Under the pieces are notes generated by a model, which made no database searches, was not told the origin of the DNA, and saw only the letters and a program-made list of their open reading frames with translations. Positions 7,357 to 14,284 of a stretch of DNA of 19,263 nt are shown piece after piece. Position 1 is the stretch's first letter. Every line of letters begins with the position of its first letter. The position numbers and the translations under genes were made by a program. Source of the stretch: Candidatus Krumholzibacteriia bacterium (GTDB lineage Bacteria; Krumholzibacteriota; Krumholzibacteriia; WVZY01); contig JAZGDW010000220.1 in assembly GCA_036478295.1 (NCBI GenBank), positions 1 through 19,263 of the forward strand. The letters are read 5' to 3'.

Positions 7357-8757
7357 TCACTTTTTTTTATCGGGCGGATCTTTCACCAACGGATGGGGAC
7401 TCTCGCCGGTAATGAGGCGGGCGCCGCGCTTGCGTGTAAGATAATCGAACGCCCACTGCACCATCACCAGCACTTTGTTGTCGAACTCGATGAGGTACCA
7501 GATGTGAACGAACAGCCAGGTGAGCCACGCCGGATACCCCGCTACGCGCAGCCAGTTGAAATCGGCGACGGCGGCGTTACGGCCGATAACGGCCAGCTGT
7601 CCCCGATTCTTATAACGAAACGGGCGGAGGGGCCGGCCCTGCAGCCGCCGCTCGATGAGGCGGGCGGCGTAGCGTCCCTGCTGCATCGCCACGGGCGCGG
7701 TGCCGGGAAGCGGCTTTTCTCCCTGGTGCTCAAAAACAGCAAGGTCACCGACCACGAGAATCTCCGGGTAGCCGGGCACGCTGAGATCCGGCTCGACCCA
7801 CACGCGGCCCGCCCGGTCGAGCGGCGCACCTGCCTCCTTGGCCAGCACGGCGCCCATCGGAGACGCCTTGACACCCGCCGCCCACAGGACGGTCCGTGCC
7901 GCGACATGTGTGTCACTGCTCTTGCGATCCAACCCCGCCCCACTCTTTTCGGGTCGCCGCCCCGTCACGCTGCTCGTCACAGTCGACCCCACCTCACTCC
8001 TGACGCCCTTCAGCGTTAGCCCCGTGTCACTCACCTTCGTGACCCGCGTTTGCGTTCGAACCGTCACGCCGAGCTTCACGAGCGCGCGTTCGGCGCTGGC
8101 CGACAGCCCCGGCGGAAACTGTGGCAGGATGCGGTCCCTTGCTTCCACCAAGAGAATCTCTGAATCCTGCGGGATGGCATTTCGAAAATTGTCCTTGAGC
8201 GTGCCGTGTGCGAGCTCCGCCAGCGCGCCGGCGAGCTCGACACCCGTCGGCCCGCCGCCGATGACGACGAACGTCATCCACGCGCGGCGCAGGTCGGGAT
8301 CCGTTTGGCGCTCCGCCACTTCGAAGGCAAGAAAAATCCGGCGCCGGATGTCCAGCGCGTCCTCGATCGATTTCAAGCCGCGCGCCGTATTCGCCCAGGC
8401 ATCGTTGCCGAAATAGTCGTGACTGACGCCGGTGGCGATGATCAGCGTGTCGTAGGGCAGCTTGCCGTCGCTGAGCGTGACCTCGCGTTTCTTGACGTTC
8501 ACACCGACGGCTTCCGCATGCCATACCCTGGCGTTGCGGTTTCGTTTCAAAACGGCGCGCAGGGGCGAGGAAATGTCACCCGGAGAGAGGCCGCCGGTCG
8601 CAACCTGGTAGAGAAGCGGTTGAAAAAGATGAAAGTTTCTCTTGTCGACGAGGGTGACATCGACTTCGGCACGGTTCAGGTGTCTTGCCGCGTAGAGTCC
8701 TCCGAAACCACCGCCGATAATCACCACCCTGTGGCGCTGCAGGCCATGTGTACCCAT
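7357..8757 (-). CDS. ndh: Type II NADH:quinone oxidoreductase (NDH-2 family NAD(P)/FAD oxidoreductase)
   Basis: VVIIGGGFGG, HLFQPLLYQVATG, YDTLIIATG, GLKSIEDA, VIGGGPTGVELAG, TVLWAAGV, VVGDLA, APVAMQQG, PFRYKNRGQLAVIGR and AWLTWLFVHI. Confidence 0.92.
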   Translation of the reverse strand: MGTHGLQRHRVVIIGGGFGGLYAARHLNRAEVDVTLVDKRNFHLFQPLLYQVATGGLSPGDISSPLRAVLKRNRNARVWHAEAVGVNVKKREVTLSDGKLPYDTLIIATGVSHDYFGNDAWANTARGLKSIEDALDIRRRIFLAFEVAERQTDPDLRRAWMTFVVIGGGPTGVELAGALAELAHGTLKDNFRNAIPQDSEILLVEARDRILPQFPPGLSASAERALVKLGVTVRTQTRVTKVSDTGLTLKGVRSEVGSTVTSSVTGRRPEKSGAGLDRKSSDTHVAARTVLWAAGVKASPMGAVLAKEAGAPLDRAGRVWVEPDLSVPGYPEILVVGDLAVFEHQGEKPLPGTAPVAMQQGRYAARLIERRLQGRPLRPFRYKNRGQLAVIGRNAAVADFNWLRVAGYPAWLTWLFVHIWYLIEFDNKVLVMVQWAFDYLTRKRGARLITGESPHPLVKDPPDKKK

Positions 8758-8848
8758 GGGTTAAGAATGGCAGATAGCCGCTGCAGGCTCAATCGGCATT
8801 TGAGGGTGTTTGCCACGGGACCAATCACGACTTGTGCTGCCGTTTGCC

Positions 8849-8965
8849 CCCGTGCCGGGGCCTGCCGGGACGTGAGGCGCCGGACCGCGCATTTCCCGGA
8901 TCCCGTGCCGGGGTCGGCCGGGGCTCAAGGCCGCCGGTCCGCGCATTTCCCGGATCCCGCGCCGG
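8849..8965. repeat. Imperfect 53-54-bp tandem repeat (~2.2 copies) in the ndh/nifS divergent spacer
   Basis: ccgcgcatttcccggatcccg occurs at 8885 and 8939. cccg(t/c)gccgg occurs at 8849, 8902 and 8956. Confidence 0.8.
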
Positions 8966-8977
8966 CCTGCGCCGGCC

Positions 8978-9006
8978 TTGACAGCACCCATTTCAGGCCT
9001 TAGTTT
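8978..9006 (+). promoter_or_regulatory. sigma70-type promoter immediately upstream of the cysteine desulfurase gene
   Basis: Perfect TTGACA (8978-8983), a 17-nt spacer, then TAGTTT (9001-9006). The ATG is at 9016. Confidence 0.6.
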
Positions 9007-9015
9007 TAGAGGGCC

Positions 9016-10167
9016 ATGGACCCCATTTATCTCGACAACAACGCCTCCACCCGCATCGCCCCGGAAGTCTTCGAGGCGATGTTGCCGTATCTCACCGAGA
9101 TTTATGGCAACCCATCGAGCACCCACCAGATGGGCACCCGGACGGCGACCGGCCTCAAGGATGCACGTGGGCAGGCCGCCGCGTTTCTCAACTGCCGTGA
9201 GGCGGAGATTACGTTTACCGGCTGCGGGACCGAGAGCAACAACACGGCGATCCGTGGCGTGCTCGAAGCCAACCCCGAGAAGCGGCACATCGTAACGTCG
9301 ACGACCGAACACTCCTCTGTTCTCAGCACGTGCAAGTACATGACGAAGCTCGGGTATCGGGTGACGCACGTCGGGGTGGACGACGGCGGGCAGCTCGATC
9401 TCGGCGAACTCCAGGATGCGATCACTGGTGATACCGCACTCGTCTCGCTCATCTGGGCGAACAACGAGACCGGTGGCATCTTTCCCATGGATGCCATTGT
9501 TGAAATCGTCAAGCCCTACGGGATCCCGCTGCACGTGGACGCCGTGCAGGCGGCGGGCAAGATACCGCTCGACATGGCCATGACCGAGGTGGACCTGCTC
9601 TCGCTCTCCGGTCACAAGCTGCACGCGCCGAAGGGCGTGGGGCTGCTCTTTATCCGGCGCGGCACGCGCATGAATCCGCTCCTTTATGGCGGCGGCCAGG
9701 AAAAGGGCCGGCGCAGCGGCACCGAAAACGTTCCGCACATCGTCGGGTTTGGAAAAGCGATGGAGATGGGGCGGGATTACCTGGCGGACGGTGTCGAAAA
9801 AACCCGCAAGCTGCGCGACCGCCTCGAGCACGAGATTCTCTCCAACATTCACAATACCCGTCTGAACGGTGTGCCCGAGCTACGCCTGCCCAACACGTCG
9901 AACATCAGTTTCGAGGGGATCGAAGGTGAAGCGATCCTGCTGCTCATGGATGAAATGGGTATCTGCGCGTCCTCGGGTTCGGCGTGTACCACGGGCGCCG
10001 TCGAACCCTCGCACGTCCTGAAGGCTATGGGCGTGCCTCCCGAAATCGCCCACGGGTCCATCCGTTTTTCACTCAGCCGTTACACCACCGAAGAAGAAAT
10101 CGATTCCGTCCTCGAAGAGCTTCCCCCGATTATCCAGCGTTTGAGCAATCTCTCCGCCGCGGGTTGA
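9016..10167 (+). CDS. nifS: Cysteine desulfurase, class I (NifS/IscS)
   Basis: IYLDNNAST, YGNPSS, GTESNN, EHSSV, ANNETG, HVDAVQ, SGHKLHAPKG (PLP Lys), RSGTEN, SSGSACT (catalytic Cys), PSHVL and IRFSL. Confidence 0.92.
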   Translation: MDPIYLDNNASTRIAPEVFEAMLPYLTEIYGNPSSTHQMGTRTATGLKDARGQAAAFLNCREAEITFTGCGTESNNTAIRGVLEANPEKRHIVTSTTEHSSVLSTCKYMTKLGYRVTHVGVDDGGQLDLGELQDAITGDTALVSLIWANNETGGIFPMDAIVEIVKPYGIPLHVDAVQAAGKIPLDMAMTEVDLLSLSGHKLHAPKGVGLLFIRRGTRMNPLLYGGGQEKGRRSGTENVPHIVGFGKAMEMGRDYLADGVEKTRKLRDRLEHEILSNIHNTRLNGVPELRLPNTSNISFEGIEGEAILLLMDEMGICASSGSACTTGAVEPSHVLKAMGVPPEIAHGSIRFSLSRYTTEEEIDSVLEELPPIIQRLSNLSAAG

Positions 10168-10261
10168 TCTTGTTGCACGCGGCACCTTCGCCCGACGAGC
10201 ATTCAAGACCTTGGCAGCGCGTGCCTGGTCCTCGGGCATGGAACCACCGCGTCGGGTCTGC

Positions 10262-11170
10262 CTAGTCCTCCCGCACGGAGTCGCCGCTTTTCTGGCGGCG
10301 TTTTTCGTGGAACACCCCCATCACACCGAGTACGACCAGTACCGTCCCGCCGAGGGTCCACCACGTCACTTCTTCACCAAGGACGATCCACCCCAGAAAG
10401 ACGGCGATGACCGGGTTGACGTACGCATAGGTCATCACGATGTTGGTCGGCAAGAGCCTCAGCGCTTTGACGAAAGAGGTGAAGGCGAAGACCGAGCCGA
10501 AGAGCACCAGGTACCCCCACGCCATCCAGGCTTCCGGGATCGGTGTCGGTCTCGGCTCGCCGGTGAGCGCGGCGGCCACGAGAAGCCCGACACCGCCGAT
10601 GGCTTGCTGGTACCCAGAGCTTACTTCGAGAGAGATGGGAACGGGTTTTCGGCGCTGCAGGATCGAGCCCATCCCCCAACTGATCCCCGCAAAGATTAGC
10701 CCGAGACCGGCCATGAGGTCGCCGAGCTTGCCCTCCATGAGCAGCGGACCGTTCAAGACCGCGATACCGGAGAGCCCGACGCCGAGCGCACCGAGGAGCC
10801 GGAACGACGGCGGGCGGCGGTCGATGATCGCCTCCATGATGGCCACCCAGATGGGCATGCACGCGATGAGGAGTGCCGCGTATCCGGAATCCACGCGCTG
10901 CTCCGCCCATCCCACCATGCCGTTGCCCCCAACCCAAAGGAGGATCGACGATACCCCGAGTATCAAAAGCTGCCGGCCGGTGAGTTTGAAACGGCCGCTG
11001 ATCGCCCGGCCCCACAGAATCAGAATCACGCTGGCCACGAACACCCGCATCGCCGCCATTGTGAAGGGTGGAAATCCCGCGCCTTCACGCACCGCGATCC
11101 GGATCGCCAGGTACGTGCTGCCCCACACGATGTAGATGACGCCGAGATGAAACAGACCGCGCAGGCTCAT
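10262..11170 (-). CDS. EamA/DMT family transporter (YedA-like)
   Basis: About 10 hydrophobic helices, with YIVWGSTYLAIR, SGYAALLIA, YLVLFGSVFAF and TYAYVNPVIAVFLGWIVLGE. Its start overlaps the udk stop (ATGA at 11167-11170). Confidence 0.92.
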   Translation of the reverse strand: MSLRGLFHLGVIYIVWGSTYLAIRIAVREGAGFPPFTMAAMRVFVASVILILWGRAISGRFKLTGRQLLILGVSSILLWVGGNGMVGWAEQRVDSGYAALLIACMPIWVAIMEAIIDRRPPSFRLLGALGVGLSGIAVLNGPLLMEGKLGDLMAGLGLIFAGISWGMGSILQRRKPVPISLEVSSGYQQAIGGVGLLVAAALTGEPRPTPIPEAWMAWGYLVLFGSVFAFTSFVKALRLLPTNIVMTYAYVNPVIAVFLGWIVLGEEVTWWTLGGTVLVVLGVMGVFHEKRRQKSGDSVRED

Positions 11171-11931
11171 TCGGGGTGACCCCTACGTTTATCATGTGGC
11201 GCTTCATCGCCCGTTCTGCCGGAGTCCCCGCCGCCCGCGCTGCCCCTACCCGAGCGCCCGCCGCCCGCGTTGCCGGAGTCCCCGCCGCCCGTGTCGCCCC
11301 TACCCGAGCGCCCGCCCCCACCGCCTGCGGTGATGTGCTCGAGAATCGCAGCCGTCGAGCGGTCGATGGGGTCGGCGCCCTCTATTATAGTGTCGGCGTA
11401 CTTACGGGTCGGCAAAACGTGCCGGTCGAACATCGGCCCAACCATTGTCCGGTATCGGCGCGTAACCTCTTCGACCGTGCGCCCGCGCTGGTTGCGGTCG
11501 CGGGTAATACGCCTCTGCAGGCAGAGGTCATGGCTGGCATCGATGAACACCTTCGTCTGCGTGTATCGGCGAAGCGCCTCCCAGTACAGGGCGAAGAGTC
11601 CCTCTATTATAAGGAAGGGTGTCGGCTCGATGTGCTCGGGCTCGGCCCGACGCCTGTGGTTCTTGTGGCCGTAGACCGGTTTTTCGATGGCGTCACCGCG
11701 GGCCAGGGCGGCAACGTTTTCCAGCAGGAGCGTGTGATCGAGTGCGGCGGGCTCGTCCAGGTTGTGCGTGTGAATCTCCTCCGGCCCCAGGTGCGAGAGG
11801 TCGTAGTAGTACGAGTCCAGCCCGATGATGGTTGTCGGGTCGTCATGGAGCGAGTGCGCGAGCTCGGCGGCGATGGTGGTCTTGCCGGAACACGATGCGC
11901 CTGCGATGGCGATGATGTAGGGAGTTGTCAT
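11167..11931 (-). CDS. udk: Uridine/cytidine kinase with Gly-rich repetitive C-terminal tail
   Basis: IAIAGASCSGKTT Walker A, LDSYY, NLDEPAALD, KPVY...H, IIEGLFAL, RRITRD...RGR and PTRKYADTII. Confidence 0.85.
   Translation of the reverse strand: MTTPYIIAIAGASCSGKTTIAAELAHSLHDDPTTIIGLDSYYYDLSHLGPEEIHTHNLDEPAALDHTLLLENVAALARGDAIEKPVYGHKNHRRRAEPEHIEPTPFLIIEGLFALYWEALRRYTQTKVFIDASHDLCLQRRITRDRNQRGRTVEEVTRRYRTMVGPMFDRHVLPTRKYADTIIEGADPIDRSTAAILEHITAGGGGGRSGRGDTGGGDSGNAGGGRSGRGSAGGGDSGRTGDEAPHDKRRGHPE
11217..11315 (-). repeat. 54-bp (18-aa) tandem duplication encoding the Gly-rich udk tail
   Basis: tgccggagtccccgccgcccg...gcccctacccgagcgcccgcc starts at 11217 and 11271. Protein reads GGGRSGRGDTGGGDSGNA-GGGRSGRGSAGGGDSG. 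Confidence 0.85.
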
Positions 11932-12023
11932 AGAGAAACTAGTTTATGCGAGTTTGCGCGTGTGGTAAAGTAGCAAAGGAATACGTCGCATACATGCAAT
12001 AGCATTTGCAAGGAGCCACCCGT

Positions 12024-12863
12024 TTGAAAACCCTCACCATCGGCCACAGCCCTGACGCGGACGACGCCTTTATGTTTTATGCATTCGCCAAGGAACAGGT
12101 CACTATCGAAGGCTTCAAAATCGAGCACATGATGGAAGACATCGAGTCTCTGAACCATCGTGCGCTAAGGGGTGAGCTCGACGTGACGGCCATCTCGGCC
12201 GCCGTTTACCCGCGGGTGGCGAAGGATTACCGCATCATGGCGTGCGGCGCCTCGATCGGGCGCAACTACGGACCGATGCTGCTCTGCAAGGAAAACGTCT
12301 GCCTCGGTGATCTTGCCGGACGGCGCATCGCCATCCCAGGTTCGCACACCACCGCTTACCTGCTCTTTCGTCTTTATATGACCGACGTTTTTCAGCCGGT
12401 CATGCTGCCGTTCGATTCCATCATGCCGGCCATCCAGGATGATGAAGTCGACGCCGGTGTTATCATTCACGAGGGACAGCTCACCTGGAAGAAATCAGGA
12501 CTCTTCATGATCCTCGATCTCGGTGAGGCGTGGATGAAAGACACGGGGCTGCCCATTCCCCTCGGGCTCGATTGCATTCACCGCAAGTTCGATCCGCCAA
12601 CGCAGGTGAGAATCACGGCCGGCATGGAAGCGAGCGTTGTTCACGCGCGGGCCCATGAGGAAGCGGCGATCGACTACGCCATGGAATTCGGGCGCGGCGT
12701 CGACCGCGATACCTGCCGCGAATTCGTCCGCATGTACGTAAACGACGATACCGTGAACATGGGGCAAGAAGGCAAGCAGGCGCTCGAGCTCCTCTTCGCG
12801 CGCGCCACCGAACGCAGTATCATCGACGAACCCCCGCCGCTGGATATTATCGGACTGAAATAG
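12024..12863 (+). CDS. mqnD: 1,4-dihydroxy-6-naphthoate synthase (MqnD; futalosine menaquinone pathway; MqnA/MqnD/SBP family)
   Basis: GHSPDADDAFMFYA, DIESLN, TAIS, GASIGRNYGP, IAIPG..TTA, IIHEGQLT, GLPIPLG and FVRMYVN. TTG start at 12024 follows AGGAG (12011-12015). Confidence 0.88.
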   Translation: MKTLTIGHSPDADDAFMFYAFAKEQVTIEGFKIEHMMEDIESLNHRALRGELDVTAISAAVYPRVAKDYRIMACGASIGRNYGPMLLCKENVCLGDLAGRRIAIPGSHTTAYLLFRLYMTDVFQPVMLPFDSIMPAIQDDEVDAGVIIHEGQLTWKKSGLFMILDLGEAWMKDTGLPIPLGLDCIHRKFDPPTQVRITAGMEASVVHARAHEEAAIDYAMEFGRGVDRDTCREFVRMYVNDDTVNMGQEGKQALELLFARATERSIIDEPPPLDIIGLK

Positions 12864-12916
12864 AACCTGGGCCAGGCGCCGTTCCCCGCGGACTTTGAGA
12901 GCAGGGACGGGCGTGA

Positions 12917-12932
12917 GGGCACCCTTATTGCA
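12917..12932 (+). promoter_or_regulatory. Putative sigma54 (-24/-12) promoter upstream of the secreted-protein cluster
   Basis: GGGCAC-CCTTA-TTGCA matches the TGGCAC-N5-TTGC(A/T) consensus with 1 mismatch and exact GG-N10-GC spacing, about 60 nt upstream of ATG 12994. Confidence 0.55.
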
Positions 12933-12993
12933 AGTTTACTGGGGTCGGCCGCAGTGGCACGCGATAGGGACTCACCAGCAACAAGGGGACCCC

Positions 12994-14019
12994 ATGATGA
13001 CCACGATTTCCGCTCTCCGCAAAACGCTTTTTGCAACTCGCAAGACTCTCGACCGGGCGTTCAAGAGCGCGCTGGTGGTCGCGGGCATGCTAGCGCAGGG
13101 CTCGGTGACCGTCCTGCTCGCTCCGGCCGTGTTTGCGCCGTCGCTGATTGTGCCCTTCGCAACCGATGCGTATGCTCAGTGCCCGGAGGAACCGCCGCTG
13201 CAAAACTACAGCGGCGCGGGTTCCGTGGGATGTCCGTGTTTCGTTCCGGGCGAGCAGGCCGGCGTGGTTCTCACTGCACCGCCCAGCCATTACCCACTCG
13301 AGATTCTTCGAGTGGGCATCGGATGGGGTTCGCTCTTCGGCTCGAACCCGGCGCAGATCGAAGAGGCCATTCACATCTACGAAGGCGGTCTGCCGAATCC
13401 AGGGACGCCCATCTTTACGCTGCTCGGTCCCCAGCTCACCGACGGTGTCATTAACCTTTTCAACCTGGAATTATTCCCCGGCAACATCATTGTCAACTCG
13501 GGTCCCTTCACCGTCAGCCTCGAATTCTTCAACCAGAGTGCGGGAAACACGCTGGCGTCTTCACCGGTGCACGACGGTAACGGTTGTCAGCTCGGCAAGA
13601 ACGCTGTCTTCACGGTCCCCGGAGGATGGAACGACGCCTGCTTACTCGGAGTCACCGGCGACTGGGTGGTCTTCGTCGTCTACCGCCCGTGCACACCCGG
13701 GCCGACTGGAATCGGCGACATACCGTTCGTTGCGACAAACACGCCCGTGGTAATCACGACGGCGAGCCCCAATCCGTTCTCCTCCGCCACGCAGATCGAA
13801 TTCTTTCTGCAACAGCCGGGAAAGGCATCGATAACCGTCTTCGACGTGGGCGGCCGGCGCGTCGCCCGCCTGGCCGACCGGGACTATACCGCCGGAACTC
13901 ATCTCATCGGCTGGGACGGCGTGGGTGACAACGGCTCGCGTGTGCCGACCGGTGTCTATTTCGTGCGGGTGGAAGCGGCGGGTAGTCAATCTGTGAGAAA
14001 AGTACTGCTGACGAAGTAG
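12994..14019 (+). CDS. Secreted Cys-containing protein of unknown function with C-terminal FlgD-Ig/T9SS-like domain
   Basis: ATG at 12994 follows an AAGGGG RBS. A long signal-like N-terminus ends in AYA|Q. The C-terminus reads SPNPFSSATQIEF...VFDVGGRRVARL...WDG...TGVYFVRV...RKVLLTK-stop. Confidence 0.85.
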   Translation: MMTTISALRKTLFATRKTLDRAFKSALVVAGMLAQGSVTVLLAPAVFAPSLIVPFATDAYAQCPEEPPLQNYSGAGSVGCPCFVPGEQAGVVLTAPPSHYPLEILRVGIGWGSLFGSNPAQIEEAIHIYEGGLPNPGTPIFTLLGPQLTDGVINLFNLELFPGNIIVNSGPFTVSLEFFNQSAGNTLASSPVHDGNGCQLGKNAVFTVPGGWNDACLLGVTGDWVVFVVYRPCTPGPTGIGDIPFVATNTPVVITTASPNPFSSATQIEFFLQQPGKASITVFDVGGRRVARLADRDYTAGTHLIGWDGVGDNGSRVPTGVYFVRVEAAGSQSVRKVLLTK

Positions 14020-14187
14020 CTTTCCACCCGGCAACACTGTGCCCCGCTTGGGTCGGGGAATCCGCCCCCCTGGTGGCTGCAGTCCTAGTTGTATTATCTC
14101 TCCGCCGCAACTGTAACTCTTTGTGGCACTAGCGGTCCGAGGCCCGCGCTGCCCTTACCCTCATCACGGCCACCCGAGCCTTTGGCA

Positions 14188-14218
14188 TTGACAAGGTTTC
14201 ACTGTCTCCTCCCATAAT
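14188..14218 (+). promoter_or_regulatory. Possible sigma70 promoter for the propeller protein gene
   Basis: TTGACA (14188-14193) and CATAAT (14213-14218), but the spacer is 19 nt, which is suboptimal. Confidence 0.4.
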
Positions 14219-14284
14219 AGCCTGCGTACAAGTTTCATAGTCTCGACAGTTCACGGAGTGAACTTCGCTTGCGGGAGGAATACG

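Noticed and set aside
7912..8004. Intein or EF-hand in ndh
   Set aside because: It is too short, lacks the C/S...HN intein termini, and has no DxDxDG-type Ca-binding loop.
8979..8987. TGACAGCAC shared between the nifS -35 region and the 5494 repeat
   Set aside because: It is only a 9-bp match and lacks the second palindromic half-site, so it is compatible with chance.
11936..11992. Palindromes in the udk/mqnD divergent spacer (aaactagttt; tatgcga...tcgcata)
   Set aside because: They are short and cannot be assigned to a known regulator. The AT-rich promoter context explains them adequately.
14040..14180. Cobalamin riboswitch (contains gggaa and ccgcaactgtaa)
   Set aside because: The spacing between conserved blocks is wrong, there is no recognisable B12-box, and the downstream gene is not B12-related. 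An Infernal search with the Rfam cobalamin models would settle it.
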